Shown here: one piece after another, positions 36,558 through 43,274 of the stretch | Layout: every line of letters starts with the position of its first letter | Numbering within the stretch: position 1 is the first letter of the stretch | Virus record (IMG/VR): IMGVR_UViG_3300021082_000038 | Coordinates: 1-48,118 of that record | Reading direction: 5' to 3' (one strand) | From: a virus | Taxonomy: Duplodnaviria; Caudoviricetes | Length of the DNA stretch: 48,118 nucleotides | Made by a program: the position numbers and the translations under genes | The notes under the pieces: model-generated | Database searches by the model: none | Told to the model about the DNA's origin: nothing | What the model saw: the letters and a program-made list of their open reading frames with translations, nothing else

Positions 36558-36785
36558 TCACGACTCGTCGTCGGATGCCTCGTCGTCCTCGGTCGGCGTG
36601 AACCGAACGCGGACGGCTTCAGCCTGCTTCTCGGAGAGGATCCAAGACGTGTTCTTGGCCTCCGCCTCGCGAGTCATCTCCGAGCGAAGGAAGGAGCGGA
36701 TGCGCTTCGCATCCACACCGAGCTCCTCAGCGAGTGCCTTCGGAGTCGTGGTGACCGGCTCCTTGGTCTCTGTTGCCTTTGCCAT
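36558..36785 (-). CDS. Small HTH DNA-binding protein, paralog A
   Basis: TTPKALAEELGVDAKRIRSFLR...AKNTSW. Confidence 0.75.
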   Translation of the reverse strand: MAKATETKEPVTTTPKALAEELGVDAKRIRSFLRSEMTREAEAKNTSWILSEKQAEAVRVRFTPTEDDEASDDES

Positions 36786-36844
36786 ATCAATCACCCCCTT
36801 TCGGCGCGTAGGTTGCTGTGACGGTCGTTCGTTCATTCAGATCT

Positions 36845-36864
36845 ATCATATCATGCGTGGCAGC
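36845..36864 (-). promoter_or_regulatory. Promoter GCTGCCACG-N5-TATGAT
   Basis: Same 9-mer and spacing as at 38005-38024. Confidence 0.6.
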
Positions 36865-37005
36865 TCAGTGCGCTACGTGGTGTCTCGGTGGCTGCCGTTT
36901 TACTAACTATTTACAAGCCGGTAGTCTGACGTAGGTCCCGGACGCTCCATTGTCCCAAGAGCAGCCACACACGGTCTGGTCCCAGATCCCGTTTACCATA
37001 GGACT

Positions 37006-37503
37006 ATGGCTGGTCAGGCCCAACTCTCCGAAAAATCAGAGCTATCCCCGGAGAACTTGCCCGTTCCACTGGATGATGCCGAGGTACTACGGCGCCACGT
37101 AGCTAAGCTATATGGCCAGGGCTGGAAAAGACCACAGATAGCTCGGGCCATGCTCAAGCACCTTGCCACAAATACCCACAGACCTGTGGAACAGCAGCTC
37201 AGCCAGGTCCGCAAGAAGCTGAAGCGCTGGGAGCAGAGCCAATCGTTCAGGGACCTCATCTGGGAACTGGCAGTGGTGGACCTCGATCTAGACAGTCCAG
37301 CCATCTTGCGCGGCGTTAGTCGATCTGCCAAGAGAGGTCGCGTGGATGCAGCCAAACTGGCCCTCGAGATCACAGGACGCCACGTCACCAAGGGCGATCA
37401 GACCGCGCCCAACATCACCATCGCCTTCGCTGGGATCCCACGACCTGGTCCCGTACAGATCGCGGATGCAGAGGTTGTGGATGAACCTTCAGAAGACACC
37501 TAG
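37006..37503 (+). CDS. Putative terminase small subunit
   Basis: N-terminal HTH-like region, then AKRGRVDAAKLALEITGRH helical motif typical of TerS; upstream of the packaging arm. Confidence 0.6.
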   Translation: MAGQAQLSEKSELSPENLPVPLDDAEVLRRHVAKLYGQGWKRPQIARAMLKHLATNTHRPVEQQLSQVRKKLKRWEQSQSFRDLIWELAVVDLDLDSPAILRGVSRSAKRGRVDAAKLALEITGRHVTKGDQTAPNITIAFAGIPRPGPVQIADAEVVDEPSEDT

Positions 37504-37550
37504 GGCCGAGCCAGGGCGAAGCTATATGGCCGCGACCAAACCCCCCCCGG

Positions 37551-37679
37551 TCAGGAGAGGGCCTTCTTCAGGAGGGAGTAGATCCAGTGGATCCCGAATC
37601 CTGCGTAGACGAGGGCGAAGGTCGTGACCACGACGGGTACTGCTTCGGCGAGGTCTGAGGTGAAGAGGTGGACGGGCAT
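37551..37679 (-). CDS. 42 aa single-TM protein (not in the ORF track)
   Basis: GAAAGGA RBS; MPVHLFTSDLAEAVPVVVTTFALVYAGFGIHWIYSLLKKALS. Confidence 0.6.
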   Translation of the reverse strand: MPVHLFTSDLAEAVPVVVTTFALVYAGFGIHWIYSLLKKALS

Positions 37680-37703
37680 GAGGATCCTTTCGATGGGAGG
37701 GGG

Positions 37704-37732
37704 AAAGGGGACAGGGCGAGTGCCCTGCCCCC
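37704..37732 (-). terminator. Hairpin terminator after HTH paralog B
   Basis: GGGGCAGGGCACTCGCCCTGTCCCC-TTT. Confidence 0.55.
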
Positions 37733-37740
37733 AGTTCCGG

Positions 37741-37956
37741 TTACGCCTCGGCAGGTGCCTCAGCCTTTTTCGCGGCGAGGGCGGCGTAGTGCCCCTTGAC
37801 CTCGTCGGCGATTTCCGTGGGGATCAGCCACGTGGTGTTCTTCGCCTCGACGGGGCGAGTGTACGCCTTGCGCAGGTGCGAGCGAAGCACCTTCGGGTTG
37901 ATGCCGATCTCGGCAGCAAGCGCGGTGGGCGTGACGTGGGCGGGTGCATCGGACAT
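37741..37956 (-). CDS. Small HTH DNA-binding protein, paralog B
   Basis: VTPTALAAEIGINPKVLRSHLR...AKNTTW; GAAAGG RBS. Confidence 0.75.
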   Translation of the reverse strand: MSDAPAHVTPTALAAEIGINPKVLRSHLRKAYTRPVEAKNTTWLIPTEIADEVKGHYAALAAKKAEAPAEA

Positions 37957-38004
37957 GTTGTGCCTTTCGTGAGTGTCGATCGGGGATTCGATCAACGTAG
38001 TTGT

Positions 38005-38024
38005 AGTATACACGACGTGGCAGC
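38005..38024 (-). promoter_or_regulatory. Promoter GCTGCCACG-N5-TATACT
   Basis: Matches the architecture at 36845-36864. Confidence 0.6.
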
Positions 38025-38027
38025 GTT

Positions 38028-38157
38028 TCGTGTAAGGGGAATGTACGCATCGTGTAAGGGGTTTGTAAACGTCTCATCCCTTACAGATCCCACACATCTA
38101 CACCTCAAGTCTCGTGATCCTCGAGTCTGGGGAGATCGAACTCTCGTGTTCCTCAAG
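38028..38157. repeat. Clustered short repeats at the early/late boundary
   Basis: TCGTGTAAGGGG at 38028 and 38050; inverted CCCTTACA at 38078; TCTCGTG(A/T)TCCTC(G/A)AG at 38110 and 38142. Confidence 0.65.
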
Positions 38158-38275
38158 AGATCCCCCCCTACCACCCCCCCCAACCGGCCCTTGACTTGGA
38201 CCTGCCCGTGGTCTAGAGCGAAGCGGGCCAGCTGTACGATTTTCGCCACTAGCTAACCACTATAGAGGAGAGGAT

Positions 38276-38650
38276 ATGCCCGACGTAAGAGGCAACAAGC
38301 AGGAAGTAGTCGCCCGGAGCGTTACAGGTGGTACGTTCGCTGCCATGGACGTCGACTGTAGCGGCCGCGATCTGCTCACAGTCCAGGCTCAGGCAGCTGG
38401 TGCCGCATCCGGCGATTGGACCCTCGCTGTGATCCCCTACCAGGGCGACGGTTCCACACTGATGCCTGTGGGACAGGCTCTCCCGCAGATCCGTGGCGCT
38501 GCTCCTGCTTTTGCCGCTGGCAAGGTCACTGGCTGGGGCCAGTATGACGTCCAGGGGTTCGAGCGCGTCCAGGTGCGCTACTCCAACACTACTGGCGGTC
38601 CTCTCGTCGCAGATCGCGTCTCCGCCACCCTCAGCAGTTCCGACAGCTAA
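38276..38650 (+). CDS. Hypothetical beta-rich (possible virion) protein
   Basis: 124 aa; GAGGAGAGG RBS; first gene of the + arm. Confidence 0.65.
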   Translation: MPDVRGNKQEVVARSVTGGTFAAMDVDCSGRDLLTVQAQAAGAASGDWTLAVIPYQGDGSTLMPVGQALPQIRGAAPAFAAGKVTGWGQYDVQGFERVQVRYSNTTGGPLVADRVSATLSSSDS

Positions 38651-38671
38651 CCCAACAAGGAGGCACGCCGT

Positions 38672-38887
38672 ATGGACCTGTTCACCAACCGCACTCCGAC
38701 CGAGGATCAGGGCGAGTTCCTCGACCGGATCACAGGCGAGATGCAGGCAGTAGCAGCCCTGATCGAAGAGCTGCCAAGCTCCCGCTTTCGCAGTCTCGCC
38801 CTCACCAAGCTCGAGGAGTGCAGCATGTGGGCCAAGAAGGCCACTGTCTTCACCCTCGGCGTCGAGCAGGAGGTAAGAGACCTATGA
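38672..38887 (+). CDS. Acb2/Tad1-like helical-hairpin protein (candidate anti-defence nucleotide sponge)
   Basis: PSSRFRSLALTKLEECSMWAKKA matches the R..SLA.TKLEE..MWA motif; AAGGAGG RBS. Confidence 0.7.
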   Translation: MDLFTNRTPTEDQGEFLDRITGEMQAVAALIEELPSSRFRSLALTKLEECSMWAKKATVFTLGVEQEVRDL

Positions 38888-38976
38888 GTCTGCAGGTCGG
38901 TATCGGAGACATCTGTCTCATCATCATCGCGGTCTGCGTGGTCATCGCGCTGTTCGCCGGCTGGGATGCCGTCTGA
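38884..38976 (+). CDS. 30 aa single-TM peptide (not in the ORF track)
   Basis: MSLQVGIGDICLIIIAVCVVIALFAGWDAV; GGAGG RBS; ATGA and TGATG overlaps. Confidence 0.6.
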   Translation: MSLQVGIGDICLIIIAVCVVIALFAGWDAV

Positions 38977-39182
38977 TGGGGGACGGCGACTTCCCCAAGC
39001 TCGAAGCACTCCAGGAGGACCTCGACAACATCCGTTCCAAGCTCATCGAGCTGACGGATCGCGTCGCCGATCTCGCCAACGAGATCCACAAGGCCCTCGA
39101 GAAGAACCCCGACGATGACGCCGAGCCCGGCGAAGTCGATCCCATCGTACCCGAAGTCCCAGACGAGGACGACGGGGCATAG
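38976..39182 (+). CDS. Small acidic coiled-coil protein
   Basis: 68 aa heptad pattern with an acidic tail. Confidence 0.6.
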   Translation: MGDGDFPKLEALQEDLDNIRSKLIELTDRVADLANEIHKALEKNPDDDAEPGEVDPIVPEVPDEDDGA

Positions 39183-39217
39183 AACCCCTCCCAGGGGGAG
39201 AAAGAAGAAGGTGATAC

Positions 39218-40240
39218 ATGAAGAGATACATCGCAGCGCTGGTGATCGTGGTCGTAGCCATCGTAGCCAGCGGTGCTCTTGCACAGCCAACCGCGAAGCA
39301 GGCAACCCTCGACCAGGGACGCAGGCTCGCGGGTCCGTTCTGTATCGGCAAGAGGTTCCTCCAGCCGGTCCAGCGCGGTCAGCAGACCACAAGCCCCGAG
39401 TTACGCCTCAGCATTCTACGCGCGGGCGTCGTTCGCAGTGTCTCGGCTACCGAGAAGTGCCGGCCATGGGAGAACAGGAAGCCGGGTGTCGCAGTGCTGG
39501 GTCCTGCTGGTCCGGCCGGCAAGGACGGTGTCGCAGGTGCTCAGGGTGCGGCTGGAGCACAAGGCCCAAAGGGCGCAGACGGAGCCAAGGGCGCAGATGG
39601 CGCTGTTGGACCCGCTGGCGCAGCAGGGGCCAAAGGCGAGACCGGCCAGACAGGGGCAACGGGCAGCCAGGGAGCAAAGGGCGATACCGGAGCAACTGGG
39701 GCCGTTGGCGCTACAGGCCCAGCTGGAGCAAAGGGTGAAACCGGAGCGAAGGGAGAAACGGGCAGTACGGGCCCTGCTGGACCGGTCGGACCGAAGGGTG
39801 ATACAGGAGCTGCTGGCGCGGTCGGCGCAACGGGACCTGTGGGCCCAGCTGGTCCAAAGGGAGACGCTGGCAGTGCCGGGGCAGCTGGAGCAACGGGTCC
39901 TGCCGGGCCTATCGGTCCAGCGGGTCCTAAGGGGGACACCGGCGCTACAGGTGCGACCGGTCCTGCTGGTCCCGTAGGGCCTGCCGGTCCAAAGGGCGAT
40001 CAGGGGGACATTGGTTCTCTCGAGACCGTCACGGGCGGTACTGCGACTGGTGAGAAGCAGTTCACCGTCGTCTGTCCGGCTGGCAAGCAGGCAATCTCTG
40101 GAGGCTTCAATATCCAGGGCTCAGTAACGGCGAGTTTCCGCTCTAACGCAGCGGGTAACCCGACCGGCACCAACGCATGGACCATCAAGCAGTCCTCGGG
40201 TGCAGCACTCTCGGGGACCGTCTACGTCTACTGCGCGTAG
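39218..40240 (+). CDS. Collagen-like protein with N-terminal signal peptide
   Basis: MKRYIAALVIVVVAIVASGALA; ~57 uninterrupted Gly-X-Y triplets (39500-40021); C-terminal CPAGKQAISGG...VYC domain. Confidence 0.85.
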   Translation: MKRYIAALVIVVVAIVASGALAQPTAKQATLDQGRRLAGPFCIGKRFLQPVQRGQQTTSPELRLSILRAGVVRSVSATEKCRPWENRKPGVAVLGPAGPAGKDGVAGAQGAAGAQGPKGADGAKGADGAVGPAGAAGAKGETGQTGATGSQGAKGDTGATGAVGATGPAGAKGETGAKGETGSTGPAGPVGPKGDTGAAGAVGATGPVGPAGPKGDAGSAGAAGATGPAGPIGPAGPKGDTGATGATGPAGPVGPAGPKGDQGDIGSLETVTGGTATGEKQFTVVCPAGKQAISGGFNIQGSVTASFRSNAAGNPTGTNAWTIKQSSGAALSGTVYVYCA

Positions 40241-40250
40241 GAGAAGAAGC

Positions 40251-41795
40251 ATGGCTGGGCGCACCCACACGATAGAGATCCCGTACTCTCCCAACCTGAA
40301 GCAGGGTACTTTCCATGGCCTCGCGGCCAAGTATCGCGGCTTCTGCGGGGGGTGGGGTAACGGGAAGACGTCGGGTGGGTGCGCCGAGGTTTTCATCCGC
40401 CTTATGGAATACCCCGGCACCAACTGCATCGTAGCACGTAAGACTCGCCCTGAGCTTAGGACGACGACGTGGGACATGCTCCTCAACGGGGACACGCAGC
40501 CGACAGGGTGGCGGGGTATTCCTAAGGAGGTCATCAAGACCAACAATAAGTCGGACCTCTTCATCGAGTTCCACAATGGCAGTAAGATCCATGGTCTGCC
40601 GCTGGACGACCCGAAGAAGATCGAGAACTACAACCTAGGCCTCTTCATGATCGACCAGGCTGAGGAGATCGAGGAGGACATCTTCCTCAAGTTTCATGGA
40701 CGCCTGCGCCAGCACAACGCGCCACGCGAGGGGATCCTGCTGTTCAACCCCAACGGCCACAACTGGCTGTGGCGGCGTTTCATCGACCCACTGCGGTCCT
40801 CCGCTTTCCGTCGTCAGTATGCCTGCGTTGAGGCTACTCCGTTCGACAATCCGAATCTCCCTGCTGACTACCTCGAGCAGTTCGAGAACCTGCCCAAGCA
40901 CTGGTACGACAGGTTCGTGCTCGGTAGCCACGAAGTCTTCGTCGGTCAGATCTTCACCGACTTCGATCCGGACCGTCACGTCATCGACCCCTTCCACATT
41001 CCTCGCAGCTGGGAACGGTGGATGTGCATTGACCCGGGTATCCGCCACGAGGGCGCCATGGTATGGGTTGCTCGCGACCCGGAGAACAACTGCTACATGT
41101 ACCGAGAGATCCTTGAGAAGGACCAGCCCGTGTCGTGGTGGGCTGACACCATGCAGGAACTGGAGCAACAGCGCGATTGGGGTGGACCGGATGAGGACGA
41201 GTTGGACATCATCCGCCTGATCGGGCCTGAGGCTCAGCAGCGTGCTCAGACTGACGGGCGCACTGTCAAGGGAGTATTTGAGGAGGAGGGAGTAGATGAC
41301 CTCGAAATCGCCGATAGGGACCCAGTTGCTCGTATCTCTCGCATCACACAGCGGCTTCGACCTAAGCCTGGACATCTACCTCCACTCGGGTATGTGGATG
41401 CGTCAGAGTGGGCTAGTGACGACGGCGATGGTGGAGAATCGGGCGTTGATGGAGCTCCAACGCTGTATATCTTTCGTGACTGCGAGAAGATCCAGGAGTA
41501 CCTACCGCAGTACCGATGGCGACCTGTCCGTACTAACTTCAGCGAAGAGGATGCTCCCGAGAAACCCCGAAAGAAGGATGACCACGACATTGACTGCCTC
41601 GGACATATCCTCGTCAGCATGGGTGACTCTGTACCTGAGGTGGCGGATAATTCGGTCCGTCTTACTGCCGAGCAGCGAGAGCTGGACGAGCACTTTGAGC
41701 GTGAGCTTGCCATCGCCACTAACCGCGCTGCTGCATCCGGCATCCCCACAGCTGCAGACATGAACCCCCGGCGACAACGAGAGGTGGCTGCATAA
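40251..41795 (+). CDS. terL: Terminase large subunit
   Basis: GGWGNGKT Walker A, FMIDQAEE Walker B, FNP coupling motif, CIDPG and DHDID nuclease residues. Confidence 0.92.
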   Translation: MAGRTHTIEIPYSPNLKQGTFHGLAAKYRGFCGGWGNGKTSGGCAEVFIRLMEYPGTNCIVARKTRPELRTTTWDMLLNGDTQPTGWRGIPKEVIKTNNKSDLFIEFHNGSKIHGLPLDDPKKIENYNLGLFMIDQAEEIEEDIFLKFHGRLRQHNAPREGILLFNPNGHNWLWRRFIDPLRSSAFRRQYACVEATPFDNPNLPADYLEQFENLPKHWYDRFVLGSHEVFVGQIFTDFDPDRHVIDPFHIPRSWERWMCIDPGIRHEGAMVWVARDPENNCYMYREILEKDQPVSWWADTMQELEQQRDWGGPDEDELDIIRLIGPEAQQRAQTDGRTVKGVFEEEGVDDLEIADRDPVARISRITQRLRPKPGHLPPLGYVDASEWASDDGDGGESGVDGAPTLYIFRDCEKIQEYLPQYRWRPVRTNFSEEDAPEKPRKKDDHDIDCLGHILVSMGDSVPEVADNSVRLTAEQRELDEHFERELAIATNRAAASGIPTAADMNPRRQREVAA

Positions 41796-42571
41796 TGGCA
41801 ACTATCAGCAAGAGCAAGTGCCCCTACACCGGCCCCTACTCGGTCGACGGCAACGGCAAGCACAAGGGCAACACAGCACTGGCCCTCAAGCGTGCGATGG
41901 CTCGCTGCGGTCATCTGCCGTGGGAACCGGAGAAGTGGGACAACGTCTTCAACGAGAAGCTGGAGACGGCCCTTGACAAGTGGGACCCCGGCAAGAACGG
42001 CTACGCGGAGGGGCGCTACGACAAGATTCGTGGCACGATGGTTCCGAGGGGTCAGCCTGCCTACGGCCAGAACGCCCTCGACAGCCAGTGCCTCGCGCTC
42101 ATCGCAGCGGAGGGTAAGATCCAGGCACCCTGGGCGGGCATCGGTCCGGTCTTCAATGGCGGTACCTCGATCCTCAAGCACGATCTGACCCATGCCACTG
42201 ACGGCATTCCCCGGTTTCCTGCCTTCGACGATGCCTTCCGTGCAGGTACCGTCATCATCGCCCCCGAGAACATTCGTATCTACCGCGACTCATCCGCGCG
42301 CCCGGGGGACGCTTGCTACGCTGAGGGCGACTCCGGCATTCGCTACTGGTTCGGGCACCTCGTCTACGCGCCGCCGGTAGGTCGGACGTTCAAGAAGAGC
42401 TACTCCATCGGTCGCGTGGCTTACACCAATGTCGGTGGTGGATCTCACGTCCACGTCGGCATCAACGTCGAGAAGCTCTGGGGAGCGGGTCGTCAGCTCT
42501 CGCACCACACCAACTACACCCATGGAGCGCCGCTGGTGGGCGATCAGCTGGCTCTCCGCTACGCACTCTAG
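41795..42571 (+). CDS. Putative endolysin (PG-binding-like N-terminus + M23-like peptidase)
   Basis: ALKRAMAR.G.L N-terminus; THATDG...AFD, YWFGHL and SHVHVG zinc motifs. Confidence 0.65.
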   Translation: MATISKSKCPYTGPYSVDGNGKHKGNTALALKRAMARCGHLPWEPEKWDNVFNEKLETALDKWDPGKNGYAEGRYDKIRGTMVPRGQPAYGQNALDSQCLALIAAEGKIQAPWAGIGPVFNGGTSILKHDLTHATDGIPRFPAFDDAFRAGTVIIAPENIRIYRDSSARPGDACYAEGDSGIRYWFGHLVYAPPVGRTFKKSYSIGRVAYTNVGGGSHVHVGINVEKLWGAGRQLSHHTNYTHGAPLVGDQLALRYAL

Positions 42572-42579
42572 GAGGCAAC

Positions 42580-42888
42580 GTGCATCTGATCCAAGTTACC
42601 AACACGCCCTGTACCGTCTGTGGGCGGGGCAATACGCCGAACTCCGATGGCACGGAGAACGTCTTCGTGGACCTCGAGCGGGACGTCAACTGGAACGACC
42701 CGGTCATCCTCTGCGAGGACTGCGCGATCAAGGTCGGCTCCATCGTCGGTATGCTCACCACGACGGACAAGCAGGACATGGACCGGGTCGTCGAGAAGAA
42801 GGAGCAGGAGATCCACGATCTGAAGGCGGAGGTCGAATCGCTCCGTACGACGGCCGTCAATCGTAAGAGGCCGAGGGCTGCAGCGTGA
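42580..42888 (+). CDS. Hypothetical zinc-binding coiled-coil protein
   Basis: CTVC...CEDC; AGGAGG RBS. Confidence 0.65.
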   Translation: MHLIQVTNTPCTVCGRGNTPNSDGTENVFVDLERDVNWNDPVILCEDCAIKVGSIVGMLTTTDKQDMDRVVEKKEQEIHDLKAEVESLRTTAVNRKRPRAAA

Positions 42889-43274
42889 CAGTTGCCCAGA
42901 TATTGGCGATTACCGTACCGATCTGTGTACTCGTCGCTGTCGTTCTTGTCGCCGTAATCGTCTCTCGAGCGCACAAGGAAACGCTCTCGACGCTGAACTC
43001 GATGCACAATCGGTCATCGGCACTGTTGGATAAGTCGCTGGACCGCTTGATGGCGATTCGCTGGGAGGACTTCGTCGCCATGCAGTCCTACGACACGGAT
43101 GACGTGGGTGGCTTCATCAGTCCGGAGGAGCAGAAGGAGGAGGTTGGCGAGGTCGCAATCGAGGAGCCGGGCCAGTGGGGCGCGTTGGCACAGCTTCAGC
43201 GGCTCTCGGAGGCTCAGGAAAACGAACGAAAGCTCCTCGATGAGGACTTCCCGGAAGAAAGGACCGGTAGCTAA
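42885..43274 (+). CDS. Single-TM protein (possible holin or other lysis protein)
   Basis: N-terminal TM helix, acidic soluble tail. Confidence 0.6.
   Translation: MTVAQILAITVPICVLVAVVLVAVIVSRAHKETLSTLNSMHNRSSALLDKSLDRLMAIRWEDFVAMQSYDTDDVGGFISPEEQKEEVGEVAIEEPGQWGALAQLQRLSEAQENERKLLDEDFPEERTGS

Noticed and set aside
38028-38157. Mini CRISPR array
   Set aside because: Repeats are only 12-16 bp, two copies each, with spacers that are too short.
39541-39939. Pro/Ala repeat ORF on the minus strand
   Set aside because: Mirror of the collagen Gly-X-Y codons.
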